Shown here one piece after another: positions 1 through 8,296 of a stretch of 64,000 nucleotides of DNA (its first letter is position 1; each line of letters begins with the position of its first letter). The stretch lies in NCBI GenBank assembly GCA_045123995.1, contig JBGVKY010000007.1, forward strand, positions 109 through 64,108. Direction: 5' to 3'. The translations under genes and the position numbers were made by a program. Origin of the DNA: Clostridia bacterium (lineage in GTDB: Bacteria; Bacillota; Clostridia; CAKSNL01; HGM11501). The notes under the pieces were generated by a model. It ran no database searches and had not been told where the DNA came from. It was given only the letters and a program-made list of their open reading frames with translations.

Positions 1-2
1 TC

Positions 3-203
3 AAAGGTTCTCATCAGGTTGCACAGCAACTCAAAAATTTAATAAGTGAAAACGGGATCGGTGACAAAGTGGAGCTTTGCGGAATTTTTTGCATGGGCAA
101 ATGCCAGAAGGGCGTTTGTGTAACTTTGGATGACGAATTTCATTCAGTTACCCCTGAAACCGTAGTGGACTTTTTCAAAAACGAAGTTTTAACGAAAGTG
201 TGA
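3..203 (+). CDS. thioredoxin-like [2Fe-2S] ferredoxin, C-terminal fragment (5-prime end lies outside window)
   Basis: Frame 3 is open from the window edge to TGA at 201-203. Translation ...ELCGIFCMGKCQKGVCVTLDDEFHSVTPETVVDFF... carries the Cx3C half of the Cx4C...Cx3C motif and parallels the next ORF. Confidence 0.45.
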   Translation, partial: KGSHQVAQQLKNLISENGIGDKVELCGIFCMGKCQKGVCVTLDDEFHSVTPETVVDFFKNEVLTKV

Positions 204-209
204 TATTTT

Positions 210-455
210 ATGATTATACAGATTTGTGTCGGCAGTTCCTGCCACTTAAAAGGCTCACCTGAAATTGTGAACTTAATTACAGAGGCGATTAAAGAACATA
301 AGCTGGAAGACGAAATAACGCTTACCGGTAGTTTCTGTATCGGTAAATGCAACCGCCAGGGCGTTACCATACAGGTGGATGATGAAATTCACGTTGGCAT
401 TACCCGTGAAAATTTCAAAGACTTCTTCCGTGATAAAGTTCTCGCCTTAATGTAA
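210..455 (+). CDS. thioredoxin-like [2Fe-2S] ferredoxin (NuoE/HydC-like small subunit)
   Basis: 81 aa with CVGSSC ... CIGKC (Cx4C...Cx3C), the hallmark of Trx-fold 2Fe-2S ferredoxins. It is a tandem paralog of the upstream partial ORF and sits directly 5-prime of the hydrogenase genes. Confidence 0.6.
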   Translation: MIIQICVGSSCHLKGSPEIVNLITEAIKEHKLEDEITLTGSFCIGKCNRQGVTIQVDDEIHVGITRENFKDFFRDKVLALM

Positions 456-472
456 AAGAAAGGAAAAGTAAA

Positions 473-2152
473 ATGCCAAACTGTTTAACCCTTAAAAAAT
501 CTAATTGTAAAAACTGTTATAAATGTATACGTCACTGCCCTGTCAAGGCCATTCGTTTTTCCGGAAATCAGGCTCATATCATTGGAAACGAGTGTATTCT
601 TTGCGGACAGTGTTTCGTTGTCTGCCCCCAGAATGCAAAACAGATTGTGGATGAAACCGAAAAGGCAAAGGTTCTTCTTCAGTCAGGTGACCCTGTTATT
701 GTAAGTCTTGCTCCCTCCTTCGTGGCAAACTACGATGGTGTAGGAATCGACTCAATGCGCAATGCCCTTAAAAAGCTGGGCTTTTCAGATGTAGAAGAAA
801 CTGCTATAGGTGCCACAATAGTAAAGAAAGAGTATGAAAGAATGTTAAAGGAGGATGACCTGGATATAGTTATATCTTCATGTTGTCATTCTATAAACCT
901 TCTCATACAGAAGTACTTCCCCGCTGAGCTTGAGTATCTGGCAGATGTGGTTTCTCCCATGCAGGCCCACTCTATGGATATAAAAAAGAGAATTCCGGGT
1001 GCAAAAACCGTATTTATTGGCCCTTGTGTTGCCAAAAAGGACGAAGCAGAACACTATGAGGGTATTGTTGATGCCGTTTTAACCTTTGAAGAACTTACAA
1101 ACTGGTTAAACGAAGAAAATATTGAGCTTTCAAAAGAAATGGATTACGAAGAAGAAAGCCGAGCAAGATTCTTCCCCACCACAGGCGGGATCCTAAAGAC
1201 CATGGTCGATGCTCCTTCCGGCTATACCTATATGGCTCTTGATGGAATTGAAAACTGTATCAGCGCTCTTAAAGACATAGAAAGCGGCAAAATTCACAAA
1301 TGCTTCATCGAAATGTCCGCTTGCGTGGGAAGTTGTATCGGCGGTCCTGTAATGGAAAAATACCACCACACTTCTCCTATAAAGGACTTTATCACAATTT
1401 CAAATTATGCAGGAGACAAAGACTTCACTGTCACTACTCCCGAAAACACAGAGCTTAAGAAACAGTTTACATATATAGAACACAGACTTCAGCCTCCCAC
1501 AGAAACCGAAATTTATAATGTCCTTCGCCAGATGGGTAAATTCAAGCCCTCGGATGAACTCAACTGCGGTTCCTGCGGATATAACACCTGTCGCGAAAAG
1601 GCCATTGCCATCTGCCAGGGAAAAGCAGAAATTTCCATGTGTCTTCCCTACCTTAAAGACAAGGCTGAAAGCTTTTCAGATACCATAGTCAAGAACACTC
1701 CCAACGGACTTATTGTTCTTAACGAAGAACTTGAGGTACAGCAGATAAACGAATCTGCAAGACGCTTAATGAACATTCGTTCAAGTGCTGATGTATTGGG
1801 AGATCTGGTTGTCCGCATCATGGACCCCAAAGACTTTATGGAAGTTAAAACCACGGGCAAAAATATCAAAAACAAAAGAGTATATCTTGCCGAGTACAAG
1901 CGTTTCATAGAACAAACCATTGTATATGATAAGGATTCTCACCTTTTAATCGGAATTCTTCGTGATATCACAGATGAGCAGAACGAGCGCGAAAAGAAGG
2001 AAAGCATCAGCCGTCAAACCGTTGAGGTTGCCGATAAGGTTGTTGATAAACAGATGCGCATTGTTCAGGAAATAGCATCACTTCTGGGAGAAACCGCCGC
2101 AGAAACAAAAATTGCTCTTGCAAAGCTGAAGGAGTCGATACAGAATGAATGA
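473..2152 (+). CDS. hydS: sensory (putative H2-sensing) [FeFe]-hydrogenase with C-terminal PAS domain
   Basis: N-terminal CKNCYKCIRHCP and CILCGQCFVVCP (two 4Fe-4S motifs). The H-cluster domain has variant motifs SSCCHS (P1), FIGPCVAKKDE (P2) and EMSACVGSCIGGP (P3, Met to Ser). The C-terminal ~150 aa (TIVKNTPNGLIVLNEELEVQQINESARRLMN...) is PAS-like. RBS AAAGGAAAAG lies before ATG 473. Confidence 0.75.
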   Translation: MPNCLTLKKSNCKNCYKCIRHCPVKAIRFSGNQAHIIGNECILCGQCFVVCPQNAKQIVDETEKAKVLLQSGDPVIVSLAPSFVANYDGVGIDSMRNALKKLGFSDVEETAIGATIVKKEYERMLKEDDLDIVISSCCHSINLLIQKYFPAELEYLADVVSPMQAHSMDIKKRIPGAKTVFIGPCVAKKDEAEHYEGIVDAVLTFEELTNWLNEENIELSKEMDYEEESRARFFPTTGGILKTMVDAPSGYTYMALDGIENCISALKDIESGKIHKCFIEMSACVGSCIGGPVMEKYHHTSPIKDFITISNYAGDKDFTVTTPENTELKKQFTYIEHRLQPPTETEIYNVLRQMGKFKPSDELNCGSCGYNTCREKAIAICQGKAEISMCLPYLKDKAESFSDTIVKNTPNGLIVLNEELEVQQINESARRLMNIRSSADVLGDLVVRIMDPKDFMEVKTTGKNIKNKRVYLAEYKRFIEQTIVYDKDSHLLIGILRDITDEQNEREKKESISRQTVEVADKVVDKQMRIVQEIASLLGETAAETKIALAKLKESIQNE

Positions 2153-3317
2153 TTTATGTGCAGATATCGGCTGGAAAAGTATCAATCATTACGGTGAACA
2201 ACTTTGCGGTGACCATGTGGACATAGTTGAGCAAAATGATTCTTCAACAGTAATCGTTCTGGCAGACGGTCTTGGCAGCGGAGTTAAAGCAAGTATCTTA
2301 TCAACCCTTACATCAAAAATCATTTCTACCATGATGGCTTCGGGTCTTCCCCTCGAAGAATGTGTTTCTACCATCGCTGCCACTCTTCCCGTATGTTCCG
2401 TAAGGGGTGTTGCATACTCAACATTTACAATTATGCATTTAATAAATAACGATACTGCCGAAATTATTCAATATGATAACCCATTAGCTATAGTTCTTCG
2501 TGACAATAAAAATTTCGACTATCCCAAAACAGAAATGAATATTGACGGAAAGAAAATTTACAAGTCCGTTATACGTTTGGAGGAAGGCGACATTTTTATT
2601 GCAATGAGTGACGGTTGTCCCCATGCCGGAATAGGCATGGCGTATAACTTCGGCTGGAAGAGAGAAGAAATAATTGAATTTATGGAAACCGTCAGCCTTT
2701 CGGGGCTTACTGCCAAAAATCTCTCAACAGTTTTAGTTGATGAGGTTGATAAGCTCTACGGCGGAAAACCGGGAGACGATGCAACGGCATGTATCATAAA
2801 AATCAGAAAGCGAGAACCCATGAACATTCTTTTCGGTCCTCCTTCTAACCGTGATGACTGTGACCGTATGATGTCCCTTTTCTTCTCAAAAGAAGGAAAG
2901 CATATTATATGCGGAGGAACAACTTCTTCTATTGCTGCAAAATATTTAAGAAAGCCACTCCAGACAACTCTCAACTTTGAAAGCTCAGATATTCCTCCCA
3001 TTGCAAAGCTTGAGGGGGTTGATCTGGTGACAGAAGGTGTTATAACTGTAAACAGAGTTTTGGAATATGCCAAAGACTATGTGGGTGATAACCAGATGTA
3101 CGAGCACTGGAATTATAAAAGGGACGGCGCTTCACTTATCTGTCAGCTTCTCTTTGAAGAAGCTACAGATATAAACTTCTATGTAGGCCGTGCCATAAAT
3201 CCTGCTCATCAGAATCCCGATTTGCCTATCAATTTCAGTATTAAAATGAATCTGGTTGAGGAGCTTTCAAAGAGCCTCAGACTTATGGGCAAAAGAATTA
3301 AAGTAAGCTATTTTTAA
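2145..3317 (+). CDS. PP2C/SpoIIE-family serine phosphatase with uncharacterised C-terminal domain
   Basis: N-terminal ~220 aa with VIVLADGLGSGVKASILS and downstream Asp-rich motifs typical of PPM/SpoIIE phosphatases. Overlaps the hydS stop by 8 nt (translational coupling). The C-terminal ~170 aa has no recognisable motif. Confidence 0.7.
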   Translation: MNDLCADIGWKSINHYGEQLCGDHVDIVEQNDSSTVIVLADGLGSGVKASILSTLTSKIISTMMASGLPLEECVSTIAATLPVCSVRGVAYSTFTIMHLINNDTAEIIQYDNPLAIVLRDNKNFDYPKTEMNIDGKKIYKSVIRLEEGDIFIAMSDGCPHAGIGMAYNFGWKREEIIEFMETVSLSGLTAKNLSTVLVDEVDKLYGGKPGDDATACIIKIRKREPMNILFGPPSNRDDCDRMMSLFFSKEGKHIICGGTTSSIAAKYLRKPLQTTLNFESSDIPPIAKLEGVDLVTEGVITVNRVLEYAKDYVGDNQMYEHWNYKRDGASLICQLLFEEATDINFYVGRAINPAHQNPDLPINFSIKMNLVEELSKSLRLMGKRIKVSYF

Positions 3318-3329
3318 GGAGTGTGAGTT

Positions 3330-4757
3330 ATGAGAAAATTTGATACAAAAGTACAACACCTTAAATATAAAGTACTTCGCGAGGTTGCTAAAGAAGCCTG
3401 GAATGACACTCTTCTTGAAAACATCCTTAAAATTCCCGAAACTATTGTTCCGGGGAAAACCCCTACCATGCGTTGCTGTGTCTATAAAGAAAGGGCAATT
3501 TTGCAGGAAAGAATAAAGATTGCAATGGGCGGTAACAAAGAAAATCCCAATGTAATCGAGGTTATCGACATTGCCTGCGACGAATGTCCTGCTGCGGGTT
3601 ATGATGTAACTGATTCATGCAGAGGCTGTCTTGCCCACAGATGCGAAGATGTCTGCAAGAGAGGGGCCATTTCCTTTGACCGTAATCATGTGGCACACAT
3701 TGATAAATCAAAGTGTGTCGAATGTGGTCAGTGCGCAAAGGTATGCCCTTATTCTGCTATTGTAAACCGCAAGCGCCCCTGTCAGAATGCTTGCAAAGTA
3801 AAAGCTATCTCAATTAATGATGATAATGCTGCGGCCATTGACAACAATAAGTGCACTGCCTGCGGTGCTTGTGTTTACCAGTGTCCATTCGGTGCAATAA
3901 CCGATAAATCTTATATTTTAGAAGTTATTGACTTTATAAAGAAAAGTGAAGATAACAAAAAATATAAAGTTTATGCTATGGTAGCACCCTCGATTTCCAG
4001 CCAGTTTACTTATGCAAAGCTGGGTCAGGTTATAAAAGGTCTTAAAAATCTCGGTTTTTACACCGTTATAGAGGCTGCTCTCGGTGCGGATATGGTAGCT
4101 CAGTCAGAATCAAAAGAGCTTTTTGAAAAAGGCTTTCTTACAAGCTCATGTTGCCCGGCATTTGTTTCCTATGTAAAATCGGCATTTCCAGATTTAGTTA
4201 AATATATTTCACATAATCTTTCCCCCATGGCAACTTTAGCTAAATACATAAAGGAAACCGATCCTGAATCAAAAGTAGTATTTATCGGTCCCTGCACCGC
4301 AAAAAAAGCAGAAGCGCAGCTTGAGGAAGTCAAGCATTACGTAGACTCTGTTATGACCTTTGAAGAGCTTCAGGCACTTTTTGACAGCAAAGATATTGAT
4401 ATTACAACTCTCGGGGAAGATGTTCTTGATAACGCATCATATTTCGGAAGAATTTTCGCCCGCAGCGGCGGTCTTTCCGACGCTGTTGCCCAGGCTCTCA
4501 AAGAACAGAATATAGAATTTGACTTAAAGGCGATTCCTTGCGACGGCATTGAGGAATGCAGAGTTGCCCTTCTCAAAAAGAGCAAAAATGTACTTGATGC
4601 CAACTTTATCGAGGGTATGGCTTGCGTTGGAGGTTGTATCGGTGGTGCAGGTTGTCTGACTCACGGTGAAAAAAACAAGGCAGAAGTTGATAAGTACGGA
4701 AAAGAAGCTTTTGAAAAAACCATTTCAGATGCTGTTTCTGTATTAAAACCACTATAA
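3330..4757 (+). CDS. hydA: [FeFe]-hydrogenase catalytic subunit (monomeric HydA2-type with Cys-rich N-terminus and two ferredoxin-like 4Fe-4S motifs)
   Basis: Canonical H-cluster motifs TSSCCPAF (P1), FIGPCTAKKAEA (P2) and EGMACVGGCIGG (P3). CxxCxxCxxxCP motifs CVECGQCAKVCP and CTACGACVYQCP. RBS AAGGAG 8 nt before the ATG. Confidence 0.8.
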   Translation: MRKFDTKVQHLKYKVLREVAKEAWNDTLLENILKIPETIVPGKTPTMRCCVYKERAILQERIKIAMGGNKENPNVIEVIDIACDECPAAGYDVTDSCRGCLAHRCEDVCKRGAISFDRNHVAHIDKSKCVECGQCAKVCPYSAIVNRKRPCQNACKVKAISINDDNAAAIDNNKCTACGACVYQCPFGAITDKSYILEVIDFIKKSEDNKKYKVYAMVAPSISSQFTYAKLGQVIKGLKNLGFYTVIEAALGADMVAQSESKELFEKGFLTSSCCPAFVSYVKSAFPDLVKYISHNLSPMATLAKYIKETDPESKVVFIGPCTAKKAEAQLEEVKHYVDSVMTFEELQALFDSKDIDITTLGEDVLDNASYFGRIFARSGGLSDAVAQALKEQNIEFDLKAIPCDGIEECRVALLKKSKNVLDANFIEGMACVGGCIGGAGCLTHGEKNKAEVDKYGKEAFEKTISDAVSVLKPL

Positions 4758-4851
4758 TAAAAAAGAGATAATACCTTTGAACTGTTCCAGTTTGTACAGA
4801 CAATACAAAAAAATAGTTCCTAAGGTAGACCGTTAAATTTTAAGCAACATA

Positions 4852-4885
4852 CTGACATCGCTTTTCAAGCGGTGTCATTTTTGTT
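4852..4885 (+). terminator. rho-independent terminator after hydA
   Basis: tgacatcgc-ttttcaa-gcggtgtca hairpin (9 bp, one G-U) followed by tttttgtttt. Confidence 0.5.
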
Positions 4886-5162
4886 TTCAGTTGTATTCTT
4901 TTATTATTGTACAAAGCAGAATTGCCTGTGTAAGACAGCAGAACGAATTAAGGGAAAATCAATTCGATAATTCTTCATAAAAGCCTTAGAAGACATTTTT
5001 GAGTCGATTATTCCCGAACTTTCTCTGACCATCATATCAAAATATGACATTCATCAATCAAAGAAAAGACGGAACGAAACTCACTCTTTATTAAACTTTA
5101 TTTTTGTTAGTATATCCGCTCACAAAACAAGAAATACTATACAAAAACCACGGAGATAATAA

Positions 5163-5339
5163 ATGTCAAAAAATAACTATTTTAAAGGTTGGTACTTTAA
5201 ATGCTATGCAAATGATACAACAATTACTTTTATTCCGGCGTACCATCTAGTAATAGAATGGTACGCTTATGTTATCCGTTGCAGAAATTGCAATATATGG
5301 GTCCCATTCCACAGCAAATTTAAACACATTGAATTTTGA
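5163..5339 (+). CDS. hypothetical small protein (58 aa, aromatic/Cys-rich; may be spurious)
   Basis: ATG with GGAGA RBS 6 nt upstream. MSKNNYFKGWYFKCYANDTTITFIPAYHLVIEWYAYVIRCRNCNIWVPFHSKFKHIEF. Below the 60-aa ORF-track cutoff. Contains a perfect 9-bp hairpin (gcgtaccat...atggtacgc, 5236-5264). Confidence 0.2.
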   Translation: MSKNNYFKGWYFKCYANDTTITFIPAYHLVIEWYAYVIRCRNCNIWVPFHSKFKHIEF

Positions 5340-5473
5340 AAGTAGCTTGTTTTATTTATCTTAGCACACTCACTACTTGTGTATTTATATAAAACCTGGG
5401 GTATACTTTCTTTGTATGAGTTAATTCAACATTTTTTGTGATATATCAACCTAATAATAAGGAGAATAAAATC

Positions 5474-5779
5474 ATGTCGGTATTAGTAGTTAGTAAAAAT
5501 AATTTCCAAAAAGAAGTTTTAGAAAGCGACAGACCGGTGCTATTAGATTTCTGGGCAAGCTGGTGCGGACCTTGCAAGGCGATTTCGCCTATTATAGATG
5601 AAATATCAGCGGAATATCCTGAGATTAAGGTATGCAAGGTAAACATAGATGAAGAACAAGAACTTGCCTCACAATTTGACATAATGAGTGTTCCGACACT
5701 TCTGGTTATTAAAGACGGTAAAGTAGTAAATCAATCAGTTGGACTAAAGTCTAAAAATCAAATTCTCCAGATGCTTTAA
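5474..5779 (+). CDS. trxA: thioredoxin
   Basis: WCGPC active site ([14 protein letters not shown]). GGAGA RBS 8 nt before ATG 5474. The ORF-track start at 5438 lies upstream of the RBS. Confidence 0.85.
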   Translation: MSVLVVSKNNFQKEVLESDRPVLLDFWASWCGPCKAISPIIDEISAEYPEIKVCKVNIDEEQELASQFDIMSVPTLLVIKDGKVVNQSVGLKSKNQILQML

Positions 5780-5816
5780 ACATGTAAAGAGTATGTCACT
5801 ATAAGGAGAATAAGCA

Positions 5817-6740
5817 ATGGAAAAAATATATGATGTAATTGTAATTGGTGGGGGTCCTGCAGGATATACTTCGGCAATTTACACATCAAGATCAGGTTTT
5901 GATACTTTAGTGCTTGAAAAATTTTCTGCAGGCGGACAGATGACACAAACTCCACAAATAGATAATTATCCCGGTTTTCCCGAAGGCGTGGACGGATTTG
6001 AGTTAGGAACTAAAATGCGAGAGGGAGCAGAAAGATTTGGCTCCAAAACTGTTCAAGCAGAAGTTATTGAGGTAAATCTGAAAGATAAAATAAAAACAAT
6101 TAAGACACCAGACGAAGTTCTTTTTGCTCACAGCGTCATAATCGCAATGGGAGCTGAGCATAAGCATTTGGGACTTGAAAATGAAGAAAATTTGATTGGC
6201 AAAGGTGTAGGATATTGTGCCGCTTGCGATGGTATGTTCTATAAAGGGAAAACCGCCACAGTTATCGGCGGAGGAAACTCAGCAGCGGCAGATGCTCTTT
6301 TACTTTCTAAAATATGTGAAAAGGTTATCTTAGTCCATAGAAGGGACACATTAAGAGCTGAAAAGGTTTATCATGAGCCTCTACTTAAAGCTCAGAATGT
6401 AGAGTTTGAGTGGAATAGCAAGGTTTGTGAAATTTTAGCTGACAATAAGGTTACGGGTATTAAAATCAAAAATTCAGCACAAGGCACGGAAAAAGAAATC
6501 CATACAGACGGTGTTTTTATAAGCATTGGAAGAGTGCCTCAGACAGAGTTATTTCGCGGTCAACTTGATATTGATAAAAATGGTTACATTATAGCAGACG
6601 AAACAACAAAAACCAGTATAAGCGGAGTTTTTGCAGTAGGAGATGTCCGTACCAAACCCGTTCGTCAGATTGTAACCGCTACGGCTGATGGAGCATGTGC
6701 ATCTCATTTTGCAGAAGAATATTTAGCAACTATACAGTAG
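5817..6740 (+). CDS. trxB: thioredoxin-disulfide reductase (low-Mr TrxR; active-site variant CAAC)
   Basis: FAD motif VIVIGGGPAGYTSAIY, NADPH motif GGGNSA, redox Cys pair in GYCAACDG. RBS AAGGAGAA. Confidence 0.85.
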   Translation: MEKIYDVIVIGGGPAGYTSAIYTSRSGFDTLVLEKFSAGGQMTQTPQIDNYPGFPEGVDGFELGTKMREGAERFGSKTVQAEVIEVNLKDKIKTIKTPDEVLFAHSVIIAMGAEHKHLGLENEENLIGKGVGYCAACDGMFYKGKTATVIGGGNSAAADALLLSKICEKVILVHRRDTLRAEKVYHEPLLKAQNVEFEWNSKVCEILADNKVTGIKIKNSAQGTEKEIHTDGVFISIGRVPQTELFRGQLDIDKNGYIIADETTKTSISGVFAVGDVRTKPVRQIVTATADGACASHFAEEYLATIQ

Positions 6741-6791
6741 ATAATATACATTTATCAGTAAGCTATATCTAAATTTGAAGAAAAGACACGG

Positions 6792-6828
6792 ATTTCAATC
6801 GAAATCTGTGTCTTTTTCTGATAGAGAT
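6792..6828. terminator. bidirectional terminator between convergent trxB and ferritin
   Basis: aaaagacacggatttc-aatcg-aaatctgtgtctttttc: 12-bp stem with an A-run upstream and a T-run downstream. Confidence 0.5.
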
Positions 6829-6881
6829 AACCATAAGGCTTTAATCTTAACACTTTGCTATTATAAAGCTTTTATAAAAAA

Positions 6882-7394
6882 TTATAAAACTAACGACGGA
6901 GCTGTATAAACTCGTGCTGCAAGTTCCTGATTGAGCATATAAAGACTTTTTGGATCCGAACCAAAAAGTTCCATCTTTGTAATCAAATCATTTGCATTTG
7001 TTTCCTCTTCACCTTGTTCCTTAACAAACCAATCAAGGAACTGCATTGTGCGAAAATCTTTAACATTGTATGCTGCTGCATAAATATCATTTATAAGTGA
7101 TGTTACATATTCTTCGTGTTCAAGTCCTGCCTTTAAAACATCCATATGGCTAGAAAATGTCTTGTCAGGTTTTGCAATAGCCTCAAGAGTTACTTTTTGA
7201 TTCTCGTTTTGGAGATACTGATAGAAAAGCATTGCATGGTCACGCTCTTCCTGTGCCTGAATCTTATACCAGTTGGCAAATCCGTCAAGGCCTGCATCTT
7301 CAAAATAATTCGAAAAATCAAGGTAGAGATACGCAGAATAGAACTCTTTGTTGATCTGTTGATTTAAAAGTTCATGTACTTTTTCATTCATCAT
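6882..7394 (-). CDS. ftnA: ferritin (non-haem, Ftn-like)
   Basis: Ferritin-like di-iron motifs (EFYSAYLYLDF, QEERDHAMLFYQYL). TTGATT-17-TATAAT promoter and GGAGG RBS upstream on the minus strand. Confidence 0.8.
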   Translation of the reverse strand: MMNEKVHELLNQQINKEFYSAYLYLDFSNYFEDAGLDGFANWYKIQAQEERDHAMLFYQYLQNENQKVTLEAIAKPDKTFSSHMDVLKAGLEHEEYVTSLINDIYAAAYNVKDFRTMQFLDWFVKEQGEEETNANDLITKMELFGSDPKSLYMLNQELAARVYTAPSLVL

Positions 7395-7455
7395 AATATT
7401 ATACCTCCGTTTTTTACCTTTATTATATCATGTATGTATGAAAAAATCAACAAAA

Positions 7456-7496
7456 AAACACAGATGGAGAAATTTTGAACCTCCGTCTGTGTTTTT
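7456..7496. terminator. terminator after SDR gene
   Basis: cacagatggag-aaattttgaac-ctccgtctgtg hairpin flanked by A and T runs. Confidence 0.45.
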
Positions 7497-7498
7497 GT

Positions 7499-8296
7499 CT
7501 ATCTGCGATTTAATTTGTCTGACAAATCTCCATATACAGGTGTTGCCAAACCAAAACCGCCGGACACGGTTAGTATTTGACCCGTGGTATAAGCAGAATC
7601 ATCTGATGCAAAGTAAACTGCTGCTGCGGCAATTTCTTCTGGTGCACCCATTCTTTTAAAGGGAATATGACGCATAAACAGTTCTCTGAAACCCTCCGTA
7701 AGATTTTTTTCTACTGCATCGGTTGCAGTCATTCCCGGTAAGATTGCGTTACATCGAATATTATTTTTTGCTTCATGTACCGCTATAAGTTTTGTCAGGT
7801 AGTTAATAGCAGCCTTACTTGTTCCGTATGCAACCTGAGAAATATCAGGAACAAGACCTCCCACAGAGGAGATATTTATAATACTTCCTCCACCGTTTTT
7901 CACCATATGTTTTGCTGCCTCTTTGCTTGCCATAAAAACGCTTCGCAAATTGATATTTACAATATCAAAGAAAATCTCTGTATCGGTATTTGAAAAGTCA
8001 AGGTCTTTTCCAGGATTTGAAGTGCCGAAGTTGTTAACCAAAACATCAATACGCCCTGCATCTTTTATTACTTCATCAGTCATAGAAATATAAGATTCGC
8101 TCTTACTTGCATCGTTATAAACATATCTTACTATACAGCCCTGGTCATTCAGCTTGTCAGCCTCCTGCTTTGCAAGTTCTAAATTTCTTGCCGCCATATA
8201 AACTATAGCACCTTCTTTAGCAAAGGATTTAGTGATGGCAAGACCTATTCCTCGGGTTGAGGCAGTTATTAAAACAACTTTGTCTTTTAATTTCAT
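7499..8296 (-). CDS. SDR-family NAD(P)-dependent oxidoreductase (7-alpha-HSDH/FabG-like)
   Basis: TASTRGIG Rossmann motif, YGTSKAAINYLTK catalytic YxxxK. Start overlaps the MFS stop (ATGA-type). Confidence 0.7.
   Translation of the reverse strand: MKLKDKVVLITASTRGIGLAITKSFAKEGAIVYMAARNLELAKQEADKLNDQGCIVRYVYNDASKSESYISMTDEVIKDAGRIDVLVNNFGTSNPGKDLDFSNTDTEIFFDIVNINLRSVFMASKEAAKHMVKNGGGSIINISSVGGLVPDISQVAYGTSKAAINYLTKLIAVHEAKNNIRCNAILPGMTATDAVEKNLTEGFRELFMRHIPFKRMGAPEEIAAAAVYFASDDSAYTTGQILTVSGGFGLATPVYGDLSDKLNRR

Noticed and set aside
1648-1920. 90-aa minus-strand ORF inside hydS (and similar antisense ORFs at 2189-2383, 2756-3073, 4370-4603, 4606-4803)
   Set aside because: Entirely antisense to well-supported hydrogenase/phosphatase genes, with no RBS and low-complexity translations; treated as spurious.
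5425-5445. Possible Rex box (TTGTGATATATCAACC) upstream of trxA
   Set aside because: Only one half-site (TTGTGA) matches the TTGTGAA-N4-TTCACAA consensus; the second half is poor. Not reported as a feature.
7146-7367. Plus-strand 73-aa ORF inside ferritin and numerous 60-130 aa ORFs antisense to the ribosomal protein genes (for example 48615-49034, 50712-51092, 54847-55200, 56707-57150, 58377-58772)
   Set aside because: All are embedded antisense in highly conserved genes, lack RBSs, and have biased junk composition.
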